64,000 bases of DNA from Chrysomallon squamiferum (lineage: Eukaryota; Animalia; Mollusca), in assembly GCA_012295275.1 (NCBI GenBank), contig CM022670.1, forward strand, positions 22,816,001 through 22,880,000, given 5' to 3'. The position numbers and the translations under genes were made by a program. Shown one piece after another: positions 1 through 12,300 of this stretch. Position 1 is the stretch's first letter. Each line of letters begins with the position of its first letter. The notes under the pieces were generated by a model that did not search any database, was not told the origin of the DNA, and saw nothing but the letters and a program-made list of their open reading frames with translations.

Positions 1-310
1 GAATTAAAAGATTTCATTTTATTTAAAATAAGTGAAGTGAAAAGAAAAATATATTATTAACAAATATTGCTTAATTAATAAAAATATGTTTCTTTGTTTT
101 TGGATGTCCTTCTGAATTATTATTAAGATATTTTAAATTTTTTTTAAAAAGAATAATAATTTTCACAGAATAAATCCTAAATTTTATTTTTAATAAAACA
201 ACTCTTATAAAATTTCTCCATCAAGTATTTACAAGGTAAACAATTAATAAATGACCACTGATGATTAATTTAATATAAAAACTGTATCATTTTTATTAAT
301 GCTTTTATAC

Positions 311-3091
311 TTGATGTTGCAGTAGATGTTGAGTCAGTCTGTAAATGACCTTTTGCAGGGACTGGAGCTGGAGGTGATACAGGGACTGACGTTGTAGTGG
401 GAGTAGTGGTAGCTGAAGGATGTGATCCTGACGTTGCCAGATTTTTAGGTGCAGATACATTCACAGCTGTGTGGTTAACAGCTGGCTGTGTTACAGGTGA
501 TGGTAATTTTGCTGATGGTGGTGGTACTAAAAAATATGTACGATTCAAAATTTGATTTTAACAAGAGAATAAAAATGTTGAGGATGAAAACACAATTAAA
601 AGTATGTATTTACAGTTTAAATCCTTTTCTTAATTTATCCTATCAACATATCTCCACTCAATGAATATTTGATGTTTAACACATTTAATACAAAAATAAA
701 CATTTATATTATGAAAAATTAAAACCTTAATTATATTTTATGTTTAACAGAAAAACAAAAAATATAATTAAAAAAACAATTTAGGAACTAAATAAAAATG
801 TTTTTTTTATTTGGTCAGTGAATTTCTTTTTATTTTCAGATACTGTAATGCTATGTTACCAGGAGCAGGTTTTTTTGCTGGTGAAGCCTGTGTCTCTGGC
901 TGCTGTTCCACCTGCTTGTGTGCTGGAGACAGAGATGGAGAGGGTGTGGATGAACCCACAGCTACAGTAGGTGGAATTTCACTCTCGTCAACTGCCTTTC
1001 CACTCTTAGCTCTTCTTAACAAATCATTCAGTGTCTGAAATTCAAAAATAAACATTAAATAGCAAATGCCTCACTCTCAAGTTCTGGAGGTGGAGGAGGC
1101 ATCTGAGATAAGTCAATGGGTTTCCCTTCTTCAGCTGCAAGTATCACACTATCAAATTGCTGCAATTCAAAAACTGTTTAAAAATTGCAAACCTCAAAAC
1201 AATCAAAATATTAAAATCTAAATTCAAGACAAATTGTTATAAATTTAACTTTCAACATAAAAATAAAAATACTGCAAAATATTGATCAAAAATAAAATTG
1301 GAATATTCGACATAATGCCTCCAAAATTTACATAAAATAAAGAGTACTTGAAATATTTAACAAAAGGTTTCACAGAATTATAATTCTATTATGAAATTAC
1401 TCTGATATTCTAACCTTTAAACCTCTGTCAAGTCGTCTCTGTTTTGAGCTGTCTCCTGCAGCTTTTGCATTAGCAAATGCTTGAGAATATAAGGACATCC
1501 TTTCCTCTATTACAGATAAACAGTTTTCACTGGTTGACTTCTGTAAAGTGTTGTCAGCAGAACTTGGAGATAACTTGGACACATCTTCTTCTTCTGTTGT
1601 TAGTTCATTTAGTTCAGCCTGGAATTTTAAAAAATCACTGAAAATCAAAACTGCTTTTATTGCCATTAATTCTGTTATGCAAATTTAAAAAATATATTTG
1701 TCTCAGGACTGGCTTTTTCCTAAAGACAAATTTGAGAAATTTTGTTCCTTTAATAGATGACAAGATGTAAGTAGATAAAGAATGTAAATAAAAATATTCT
1801 AGATAAATAGACTCATGATCTATCACTAGACAAGACTACAATGATGAAAGCTAAATAAAATATTTTTATTTTTAACCTTCAAACTTTTCCTAAATATTTT
1901 TAAATATTTCCATGAAAAAAGAGGCAGAGAGAGATATAAATAAATAAAGGTAAATACCAATAGATCAGGATCTTCAGTATCTGAAAGTTCTTCATCACTC
2001 GCGTAATCCCTCAAACTTTCAGCAACCATTTTTGCTAAATCCACTTCAGCAGGACCTTGAAATAACAAATATTCTTTTTATGAATGTTCTTTGAATAAAT
2101 ACATTATGCTAAACAATACTAAATATTTTAATATATAATTTAACAAAATAGTAAAACTGTAAAATTATCTTAATACTTAAAACAATAAAAACTGAGAGTA
2201 ATTTACCCCAAAAAGATGCTATAAACATATAATGACAAATACAAATATGCTGCCCTTGAAGGAAAAAAAACCCCAATGACATGAAAACTACCACCAGCTA
2301 TGTCAACATATTAAATGTAAGATCAACAGAGTATTAATACCACTATTTAATATCAGAACATTAAATGAGCAGCTTATAGAATGATTAAAGATAATTAAAT
2401 ATGGATTAGAAACAATTTAGATATGAACTGTTTAATATTCTGTTTGCAGAAGAAATTTAAATTTATATGGGTGTTATAAAATGAAGAAAATAAGAATTTT
2501 TTTATTTCTAAATCGTAATAATACCCACTGTTCGGAGTTTTTTTTTTTTTTTTTTTTTTTGTTTTAAGGGATTTAAAGAAAAAAGTTTTCAAGATTGTCT
2601 TTAAACTCTATTTGTGTTAATACTTTTAATTGTGAAAGATACAATACACAAAATAATGGTACCTTTCCTTTTTGGTGCAGCTGACTTTTTAGGAGCAAGA
2701 TTCTTCTGTGGACTTTTTTCTTCTCCGGTTAGTGCAGCTAATTCTGCTTCCAAATCTTCATCACCCTCCAGATCGCCACACATATTCTCGATCTGGTTTA
2801 TTTGACCTGGTATCCCTAATCCCATCTAGAAACAAACAATCCATATATATATAAAGTGTTAAATTTTTTAGATCATAGATCTTAAAAATGCTGTTTTAAT
2901 CGTAGTGTATAACATACCATATCAATTTATAAAAACGAAATAACGAATTTCTGCAACCTACGGAAACATCTTCAGTAAACATAAAGAGTAACATTTTAGT
3001 ATTAATTTAGAAAACCGTATACCTGATTCATTAATTCTGCACCTTTTCGTTTTGGTGGCTCCCCAGAGACTTTCTTAGTAGAACCAAGCAT
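311..3091 (-). CDS. CC2D1: Coiled-coil and C2 domain-containing protein 1 (CC2D1A/B; Drosophila Lgd) orthologue, 5' exons only; gene runs off the window start
   Basis: Minus-strand exons with GT-AG boundaries and matching phases: 3091-3023 (MLGSTKKVSGEPPKRKGAELMNQ), 2825-2663 (MGLGIPG...DEDLEAELAALTGEE), 2055-1958 (DLAKMVAESLRDYASDEELSDTEDPDLL), 1618-1415 (AELNEL...IEERMSLYSQAFANAKAAGDSSKQRRLDRGLK), 1034-860 (TLNDLLRRAKSGKAVDESEIPPTVAVG), 526-311 (Pro/Thr-rich linker). The 'DxDLEAELAAL...DPDLLAELNEL' N-terminus and the DM14-1 repeat 'ERxxxYxxAxxNAKxAGDSSKxRRxDRGLKTL...G..VDE.EIPP.VAVG' are characteristic of CC2D1/Lgd. Confidence 0.93.
1075..1159 (-). CDS. CC2D1: Additional CC2D1 exon encoding the C-terminal half of a DM14 repeat (QFDSVILAAEEGKPIDLSQMPPPPPELE); candidate mutually exclusive alternative to exon 1034-860
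   Basis: Acceptor TTGCAG (AG at 1161-1160) and donor GTGAGG (starting 1074). The exon is 85 nt, phase 0 in and phase 1 out, the same phases as exon 1034-860. The peptide fits the DM14-2 pattern 'xFD.V..A...G.P.DLS.+PPPP'. It is too short to appear in the ORF track. Confidence 0.8.
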
Positions 3092-3157
3092 ATTAATAAG
3101 GAATAAGTATTTCTAATATAAAAAATATTCTTTTAACGATAAACCATCATCCGAGCA

Positions 3158-3185
3158 ATGCGGAAGTAAAGTTATGTCCCCTGAT
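3158..3185 (-). promoter_or_regulatory. CC2D1 proximal promoter candidate: ETS/GABP-type CGGAAGT motif about 70 nt upstream of the ATG
   Basis: GCGGAAGT at 3160-3167 in a CpG-retaining patch just upstream of the first coding exon. ETS sites are common in housekeeping promoters. Motif-only evidence. Confidence 0.4.
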
Positions 3186-3550
3186 TTCATCAGTAACTCT
3201 TTCTTTGCGGTGTATTTCTTAATCTCCAAAATGAAACGAAAACTAGTTGCTTACTTTGTTAAAATTATAACGTATCATTTATTTTATTATTAAAACTTTT
3301 TAAAATATATATTTACATGAAAATTATTTTTATTTTAATTCAAAGGATTTGAAAGGAATCAAAGCTGTACAGGGCAGGACGGTGTTAAAATATGACAATT
3401 TAATACATTTGAATGAGTATTTCTTTAAAAGAATAAAGCTCGTACACTTTTAAATTGCAAGCTAGAAGGCTGTTTTAATATGATCAGAGTTAATAATAAA
3501 ATGAAAATTTTATGCATAATGTTTACCATACTAAAATCTATGAATGATTA

Positions 3551-3595
<45 letters not shown>

Positions 3596-3790
3596 TTGCA
3601 TTTCAGAATTAATATATCTCCGGAGCTTAATCACATATCGCATCCATTAAATCCATTTTAGAGAAAATGTGCAGTAGAAAACACTAATGATTTAGAATTT
3701 TACATTCAGACAAATAATATTATGATCAGATAAACTATTTACACAAGCTGTTTTCTCGATAGACGGAATACAGAGACCTGTGTACATAAA

Positions 3791-4099
3791 GGTTGCCAGA
3801 CTGGGCTACAGATAGTGAATCGCGCTACTTTTGGAAGCCCAACGCTACGATAATTTGAATTTCGCTGCTAGAAACTTTTTAGGGTACTTTTGAAATATCG
3901 GGACATTAATAAGAATATCTGATTTTTTATACATTCATATTGAAGACAGCTATTTCTAATAATTACTCTGAAAAACACATTGACTGGTATTATAATAATA
4001 ATAATAATATAATATATACCGGGTATCTTTTATCGCTAATTCGATTGCTATGTTCGCTCTTTCATCTGGCTACTTTCAACATTTTAGATCTGGCAACAC
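3791..4099. mobile_element. Candidate ~310-bp non-autonomous DNA transposon (MITE) with short terminal inverted repeats
   Basis: GTTGCCAGA (3792-3800) and its exact reverse complement TCTGGCAAC (4089-4097) bracket a CpG-containing segment with repeated GCTAC/CGCT motifs. (G)GTTGCCA termini resemble hAT-type MITE ends. No clear target-site duplication was seen. Confidence 0.4.
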
Positions 4100-4168
4100 A
4101 AAAGTTCTTTGAAGGCCAATTCTACATTTTTTAAATCTGTCCTTCACTTGTTATTTTTTTCCCTCTAA

Positions 4169-4222
<54 letters not shown>

Positions 4223-5859
4223 TTTGTTAAAGTCTTTCTTTGTTCACCTTTTTTCCTTCCTTCTTACTTTCTTTCTTGCTTTATTTAATGCGCTTGGCCC
4301 GTACGTAATTTGTAGCTGCCATCGTTATTACACTAAGATGGATGGAGGTTACAATTAAGTCCTACTTGGAGACCTTAGTACCTGAGTTTAATAAAAGATG
4401 GATTTCTCTGGGGCTTTTTTTTTTTCTTCTACTTTAATTTTTTTTTTTTTTTTTCCATGCTTGGGTGAAGAAGCGGGACAGTTCATTTTTGAAGTCAGAC
4501 AGGATGTTAGGTAATATAATTCTTCCTCTTGTTTACAAAAGATAAGATTGCACTGTCTATGTGGAAGTTTCACCAGGAAAGAATAACTAATGATAACACA
4601 ATTTTTTGACCCGATTTACGTCAATCGTAGCTATTTTATATTCCTGACGCGTTTATAATTAAACAGTGTGACGTGAACAGGACAACAATGTTGCAGAACA
4701 AGAATATTAAACTGTCTGTGTTAGAAGGTTAAGAGAACGGGTTTGATCGTTAACCTTGACCCAGTGGTTATATCATTAGCCTCTCAACCACTAGCTGCTG
4801 AGATCACATCTGGGTACCGGTATTAATCAGTAACATTTTTTTCGACCTGTTTTCACAATCTAACCCACTTACATTATCTGGGACAGATAATCCGGCACCT
4901 AGACTATATGTCTGTTACAAAAATATTTGAATCTTCAGCGAGTGTAACCTTCCTTATAGTGGTTGAATTAAAATTAGTTTTAAATAAAATAATTGAATTA
5001 TAACTCAATAATAACAACAATAATGAAAAATTAAAAGCTTGAGAGAAACGGTTTAAATGAAAGAAGAAACCAAATGTTCTGTCCCGTTGAATCATTTGCG
5101 ATATAACGATCATTTAGTTGTTAGATCCCTTCTTGTGTTTTTTTTTTTAGCTGTGGTAAAAAAATATAAAAATAACACTTTTAACATGAAAGGGAAACGA
5201 CGGCTACAGTAAACTCTGTCGTTATCACCCGAAGCTTTGACACTGACGAGCATATAAAAACACACCATGGGCCTAAACCGACCGAACTGGTTGATTTTTT
5301 GTTCAGTAAAACCGCGGAAGAGAAACGGAAGGTACAATCTTTTGTACTGTTGTATCCATCATAAGGAACAGGTCTAAATTAATTATCACAACTTGAAATA
5401 AACAGACCGAAAAATACTTACCGGGGAGTCGATGAAATACCTTGTACAAGGCAGGAAATACCTTATACAATAAAAGCTTCCTAATTAGTTACTTTCATTA
5501 AATGTTTAACAAAACAATGAGATTTTAATTTTTGGGGTGTTAGAGAGGTGACGGATACTATACTTTTTTTTTTTCTTTTTTTTTTTCCTGAGGAAATGGG
5601 CAAATACAAATAGTTTAAATATCTTCAAATAGCTTTTATACTTATATACCTGAATCTATTATCGCTGGTACTCGGTAAAATAATAAAAATAAAATAATAT
5701 ATAAACTCGTATTTGAATGAACAATTATGTATTATGTTTTCAGACTTATTTAAGTAATTAACGGCATTTCTAAAATAGAACAGGTTTTTAGGTTATTATT
5801 ATTATTTTTGTTTTGTTTGAAGTAATCATTATATTCATATGTCATTGAAACTGTATAGA

Positions 5860-5904
<45 letters not shown>

Positions 5905-6255
5905 TGTTGTTAAAAATTAATACAAACATTATTATTACAGAATCTGAGACATTAAGCATACCTTTCTTTTTGTGTTTAGCAAAGCATTTTTGAAAATGAT
6001 AAATAAACAATTAAAAAAAAAAAATAAGACGATACCAAAAACATATATTCATTTTATTTTGTCGCATATTTTAACCACTGTTTAACATTTTATTAATGTT
6101 TTTCACCTTGATTAAAATAACTGGCTTGTGTTTTCAGTAATATTTATATCACTGCCGCCAGCCTGAACGACCTGGACAACCTCTGCTCTGTTCCTTAATC
6201 TCAGATACATTCATCCAAATCGCCTGTCAGTTTGAATAATGTTTAGACGTAAGCC

Positions 6256-6337
6256 GTCACGTGTTTAATTATGTTAAGAATAGATGTGACATAATACCCA
6301 CGTGACTGAGTAATAATAAACTCAGGTGTATATATAA
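6256..6337 (+). promoter_or_regulatory. Promoter candidate of the profilin-like gene: two extended E-boxes plus a TATA box
   Basis: GTCACGTG (6256-6263) and CACGTGAC (6299-6306) lie in inverted orientation. TATATATAA at 6329-6337 is ~170-180 nt upstream of the ATG at 6509. Confidence 0.5.
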
Positions 6338-6508
6338 TACCTCGTGTAGCGTACTGAATTAATTTTGAGAGAGGGAAAGACAGAAAATATATGACGGTGA
6401 GACGAACAGAGAAAACAAGAAAAATTCAACTCCTCGGTTAGATCTTCTTCTTTCGACTAGAACATAATCGTATTTTCTTTTGATATAAAGAAGTCAACAT
6501 CAGCAATT

Positions 6509-6895
6509 ATGAACTGGCGAAACATGTTGATAGCTTTCATGAAGCGAGGCAAAGTAGATACTGTTGGCATTATCGACCTGGAAGAATCAGAACTTCAAAC
6601 TCTCGTCTGCACCGCAAACTGGGATGCGAAGAGCGCCGAAATTCTGGGCCTGATTTGTATTATTTCAAGTCACTACTCCGCCATGACAAGACTGGAGTTT
6701 TGTAACACAGTCTACACGTGTTTTCGTCCGGATGACGAAGTTGAAACTCTGGTCGGAAGAGCAAAAGATAAAGTATTGGTGGCTGTCAAATGTGCTCACT
6801 GTCTCGTTGTAGGACTCAAGGATCTTGAAGCTCCTGGATCTTGCTTGTATGAAGTAACGGAACTGAGCAAACATCTTCGATTAAAAGGATACTAG
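6509..6895 (+). CDS. Divergent, intronless profilin-family protein (128 aa)
   Basis: Complete ORF (ATG to TAG) of profilin length with profilin hallmarks: N-terminal MxW, 'G.VD.vgII.L' strand, 'tLVGR.k', 'vavK....lVVG', 'PGSC..eV.eL..HLR.kGY' C-terminus. TATA box upstream and AATAAA at 7414-7419 downstream. Confidence 0.82.
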   Translation: MNWRNMLIAFMKRGKVDTVGIIDLEESELQTLVCTANWDAKSAEILGLICIISSHYSAMTRLEFCNTVYTCFRPDDEVETLVGRAKDKVLVAVKCAHCLVVGLKDLEAPGSCLYEVTELSKHLRLKGY

Positions 6896-8114
6896 TTTGA
6901 TTTTGTGGTTTATTGATTCGGAAGTAAACAGACATTGAGCAAATACAAACGAAGAAAAAAAAGTCGTTATATCAAGCGTGCAATAGACGTTTATATTATC
7001 ATATGCTTTATCCATCAATATGATGATACAAATGCCAAACAAAACAACCCAAAAAAGAAATAACAACCCCGAAACCAAAGAATCCGTCCTGGAAACACGG
7101 CCAGTCAGTGATCAGCTTCAGAAATGGTTGACTTTGTCCACATGTACTAACAAATGTCACAGCAGATTGGGACATTTAATGACTGCTGTTATTTAAATAT
7201 CTGCCATAGCTGCATTCTTTTGTAAATCTTGAGACTGATACAGTGTTTTCACGTTGCTGGTTATGTTATTATTAGTGCTTTCAGTTATATATCGAGTGCA
7301 TGAATACCCATTGTTTTGATTTTTTTTTTCATTTTTATACATACAAGCGGAAAATTTTGTGTCCTTTCATATTTTGTAAAGTTTCATTTTATGTATTTAT
7401 TTTCTCAATATAAAATAAAAATTTATCTCATGTTAGTGTTTATTTTTTCTTCAACATTTTAGCTGCATTTGTTTGTCTAAAATTTTATTTTAACACACAC
7501 ACATACTGAAATTAGTTCACTGAATCATTCATTAATATTTTTTTCTCACTTCTTAAACTTTTATTTTCAGTAATCGTCGTTTCCATCTCCATTATCATCA
7601 TCATGATCATTATTAAAATAAATTTCATTGTACAATACTTTTAGTTTTAAACACATTTTTTTTTTTTTTTTTTTTTTTTTTTTGTACCAATGATAATGTG
7701 TACTGTTATAAAACGAAAGTCAAACTAAATATCACGGGCTGCCTTTTTCAAGGTCAGCCTTGGTTTATTTACAAACAAGTACAGCAGTACATCAGAAGTG
7801 AAAAAGTAGACGCATCATCGAACCAGACATTCAGAAGTTGCCTGGAGCAAATAAACCAAATGTCTCGTAAAACTGGGTCACTGAGTGGTAAAATGTGTTA
7901 CTCTAACTCATAGACTAATGTATGGCAAACCAAAGAGCTGCATTGTCTTAACACAAAGGGAGCTTGGGGGCCGGTGAAATCGAAAAAATGTGTGTGTGTG
8001 TGTCTATCTATATGTGTGATCCTAACATTAGAACCCATAAGATTAATAAACCTATTTTGTTTTGTATAAACATTTTTATTATTCATTTTTTATAATGTAT
8101 TATATTTTTAAACT

Positions 8115-8170
<56 letters not shown>

Positions 8171-8919
8171 CTTCATCTTAATCATTTTCTTATTATGATT
8201 ATTTATGGAGAGAGATGTTAACTCATGATTATATCAGTAAAATGACTGTTTAAATGAATGTTGCGTCCAACAGCCATATAGGCGATCAAATGAAATATAT
8301 GGTGTTTAAAATAAGAAAAATTCCAAACCTAGTCAAGCCATTACAATCGAGTACTGTGCCAGTTCTCGCCGCTGATGGCATAAAATACATAGTAAGAAGT
8401 TATAAAAAAAAAAAAAAAAAACCCCAGTAATATTAAATAAATAAAAATAAATAAATTATAATACTTTATCATGAATTAGAGATGGATGGGAAATACGTTT
8501 CTAAGATTTTACATGACATCGCTTGTAGGTAAATATATTTATTCCACAAAAGACCAAAATATTCTATAAACTATGTTGGCGAAGTGCATTTTGAATACTT
8601 AGATATCATTTTGAAACACTATTATTTATTTCTCTGTATGCTGTGAAAACAGGTTGATTTGGCAACCGAAACTGATACTTTTCAAACTTCATCATAGATA
8701 TTATCGTTGTCATTTAAAACAACATGGGGAATTTAAAGAACCAATCGATAAACAAATAAAAGACTGGTACTTTGTGTTATGTGTAATATGGCGCAGTGTT
8801 GAGTTTGGTCAGTCTAGAAATAAAAACTGGAAAATGTCTTATCAACTTTACAAAATACGAACTAAATGAAACATGCTATAATCATACAGGTTCTTTGACA
8901 GTGCAAGGACGTAGCACAA

Positions 8920-9259
8920 ATGGAACATCCAGATGATGGCACTGAAAACTGGGTACATTAATTTAAGAGATTTCTCTTAGGAAATTATTAACTGATGTGA
9001 CTAAATTTGTTATCACCACCGTGACAACAGACCACCCCGTTTAATTATTTATTTTGATTTATAATGGAATCTTTATATTTTAACAGAGGATTTCGCAGTT
9101 TATTTATTTATTTTTGTTGTATTTATTTCTGGGTTTAGCAATAATATCAGAACGGGGCTGGCTTGCATTAAGCGAGTTTCAGATAGGAAATTGAACGAAA
9201 TTCACCGAATCTTTTTTTTGAAGTTATGTAACAGGATGAAGTTGATTTACACAACCTTG

Positions 9260-9310
<51 letters not shown>

Positions 9311-12300
9311 ATATATATATATATATATATGTATGTATGTGTGTGTGTGTAGATATATGCATATCTATATATGTATATATGTGTGTGTATATATGTGTGT
9401 GTATGTATGTGTGTGTAGATATACATGTATATGTATATATGACATTTCGACAACTATTCTTTGAGTAAAGATTATCACAGAACATTATCCGTTTTCTTGA
9501 ATGAAAATCACACTCGTGACCTGAACATGTTGCACCTAGATAAAATGTACAAAGCTCATAAATAAAATATATACACTAATGTGCAAATTTGATATCACCA
9601 CTGTGACTATGGATTACCCTATTTAATTATTTATTTTGATTTATAATGATTTACTTTATATTTTAAATTAGCTTTTCACAGTTTGCTTAATTAATTATTT
9701 ACTTTTGTTATATTTATTTCTGGGTTTAGCAATAAGATCAGAACAGGGCTGGCTTGCATTAAGCAAGTTTCAGATACGAAAATTGCTTGAAATAGAACAA
9801 AATTCACATAATCTTTTTTTAAAGTTAAGTGATAGTGTGAAGTTGATTTACACAAACTAGAATACACACACACACATATATGTGTGTGTGTGTGTGTGTG
9901 TGTGTACATGACATTACTTAAAAACTATTCTTTGAGTAAATATTACCACAGAACATTATCTGTTTTTTTGAACGAAAATCACACATGACATGAGCATGAT
10001 AAAATGTACAAAGCTCAAGAATAAAATATGTGTAAATAACAAAAACAGTGAGGCATAATGTATCTAAATGAAACATAATCGAAGCTTTAAAAAAAGTAAA
10101 AAATGATACACACAAAATAAAACAAAACACCAAATACAACTGAAAAAATAAAATTAATATTGCAGATCAAAAATGATTTGTATTATTCAGCATTTAATAA
10201 CATTTTTGCTTATTACTTGTGTTGAACTTTATTTCTAATTTATTTATTTATTTATTGATATATTTATTACTTTTTACAAAAAAAGAAAAGATAATAAAGT
10301 AACAATAATATCAGGATTAAAAAACATCTTTGAGGTCTATTATGATCTAATAACACACCTTTGTATCACATCTGCTTTGAAGTAATTATAATTATTCTTT
10401 CAGTGTTTACAACATGAACGAAATAATTATGTGCATACTGGTTACCTGGTGTATGTGTATCAGTGTAGCAATGCTTTTACAATTAATATTTTTGTTATAA
10501 ATAAACACCTGTAAAGAAAATATGTATAGACTGATTAATATATATATATTTTTCTTTTAAATTTTTAAAGCAGGTTCTAAATGCAAGAGATCTCTATGTT
10601 TTAATGAGAAAAGGATGTCGTGTTTCAAGAAACATCAGAGCATCTTGGTTCTTCAAACATCTGAACTCGGTTCTGCCATTTAGATTACATCAGGAGGTAA
10701 TAACAATTATGTATTTATATTTGACAGTATAATTATAGAAACAGTTTGTAGATAAATTTCCACAGGAAATTACACTTAAAAACACTCATAAGCAAATAAT
10801 TTTTTATTATTATTATTATTTTTAAAAATTGAATTGCTTATTGTTACTATTTTTTAACGTCTTAAGTTTTAAAGTCAGTTTATGGATAAACAGCATAATT
10901 TCATTACTTAATAGTTAAAATAAATGATAATTTCTTCATAGTTTTATTGAGCATTTAAATGCTATTTCTCTATTAATATTATTTTTGTCACTTCAATTCT
11001 GTGTTAATTAATTGAATCAGGATGATTTGTCAGAAGATTTATCAGTGGTGTCAGTGGTTCCTGCTGAGGAGGGCTTCCAGCTCAATCCAGACAAAACGTA
11101 CAGTGTGTACGTGGCTGCCAATACAATTGTCACATTCCTCGCGTCACGGTACAAGATGGTGTTTGCTCTCGACCTCAGCCCATCGATCATTTCTGTGGTA
11201 TGTGTATAATAATAAAATGTGTATTTCATTAAATTAATTAATATCAGTCATTGATGGGATAATTATTATTATTATTTTTACAAATTTCAGAAATGAGAAA
11301 AGTTATCTGATAATTACTTCATAAATTTGTTGTCTGTTTATTGATTTTTTTTACTGCTCACTCCATGAATTTTAGTTGTCATGCAAAATCATATGTTACT
11401 CATTGCATAATTGTTAAGTTTAATTCTGATTCTAGCTGATTCTGTTATAAAATAAAAAATTATTGTTCAACTTGCACAGTGACATCTTAGTCAGCCTCTA
11501 TAATTTTTGTTTCATAAAATTATCTGATTTTATTAAAACAGTCTTAATATATGCTTAATTTTGATATTAGCTTTTGTGATTTTGATAGAGTAAAATTCAC
11601 TTGTCATGTCTTTACTAAAAACACAGGATAAATATATTTACCAACATTTTTCTAATATGCCATTATTGTTCAAAATGGTGTTTTTTTCAAATTTCTTAAA
11701 CTCCAGTTATTTTTTAATAATTTCCTGCTAGTGAAAGACACAAAATTTTGTTTTACATTTTAAAATATTTTTTATTTTAAACATTTTCTTCACTTTGCAT
11801 GCTCTGAGAATTAAAATATATTAATAATGCATTACATTCCAGAATATTTCTGAGGGCAGTGTCATTTATGATGAGTTGATGCAGACTTTGTCTGAATGTA
11901 TGAAAGGTCTTGTTAAGCCAGTAAGTACTACGTTAAAGTAAACAGATTATGCTTTTTTTTTTAAATTTGAATTTTGACATTAATTTCAGTTAATAATAGA
12001 CCAGATAACATAGATAAATTCATTTTTATAATATTTCTAAGTTAATGTCTAAAATGCATTTTACTTATCACTAATATTTCTAGATTTTTATAACAACTTA
12101 TTTAAATTTAATAAATACTTCAAAATGGAAAAGAAATGTAAATATTAATGTAGTTTCAGAGTTACATGTATGTCTGGCTTCAGTTTCAGATTCCTGGAAG
12201 TTCTCGTATTATGTGCCCAGAACTCTATGTTACAGTTGTTGTTCAGACTCCGTTGGTCCTTTCCAAGACAAACCAGGTAGACTGATTACACACATTTATA

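Noticed and set aside
4750-4900. Possible decayed tRNA-derived SINE head (GACCCAGTGGTT A-box-like)
   Set aside because: No clear B-box, tail or target-site duplication; too degenerate to support.
5414-5435. ATACTTACC resembling the U1 snRNA 5' end
   Set aside because: Similarity stops after 9 nt, with no U1 stem-loops or Sm site. It may just be a minus-strand donor-like motif.
7698-7913. 71-aa ORF or exon-like segment between the profilin-like gene and SZT2
   Set aside because: Non-ATG start, no recognisable homology and no partner exons. SZT2 already has a plausible first coding exon at 8920.
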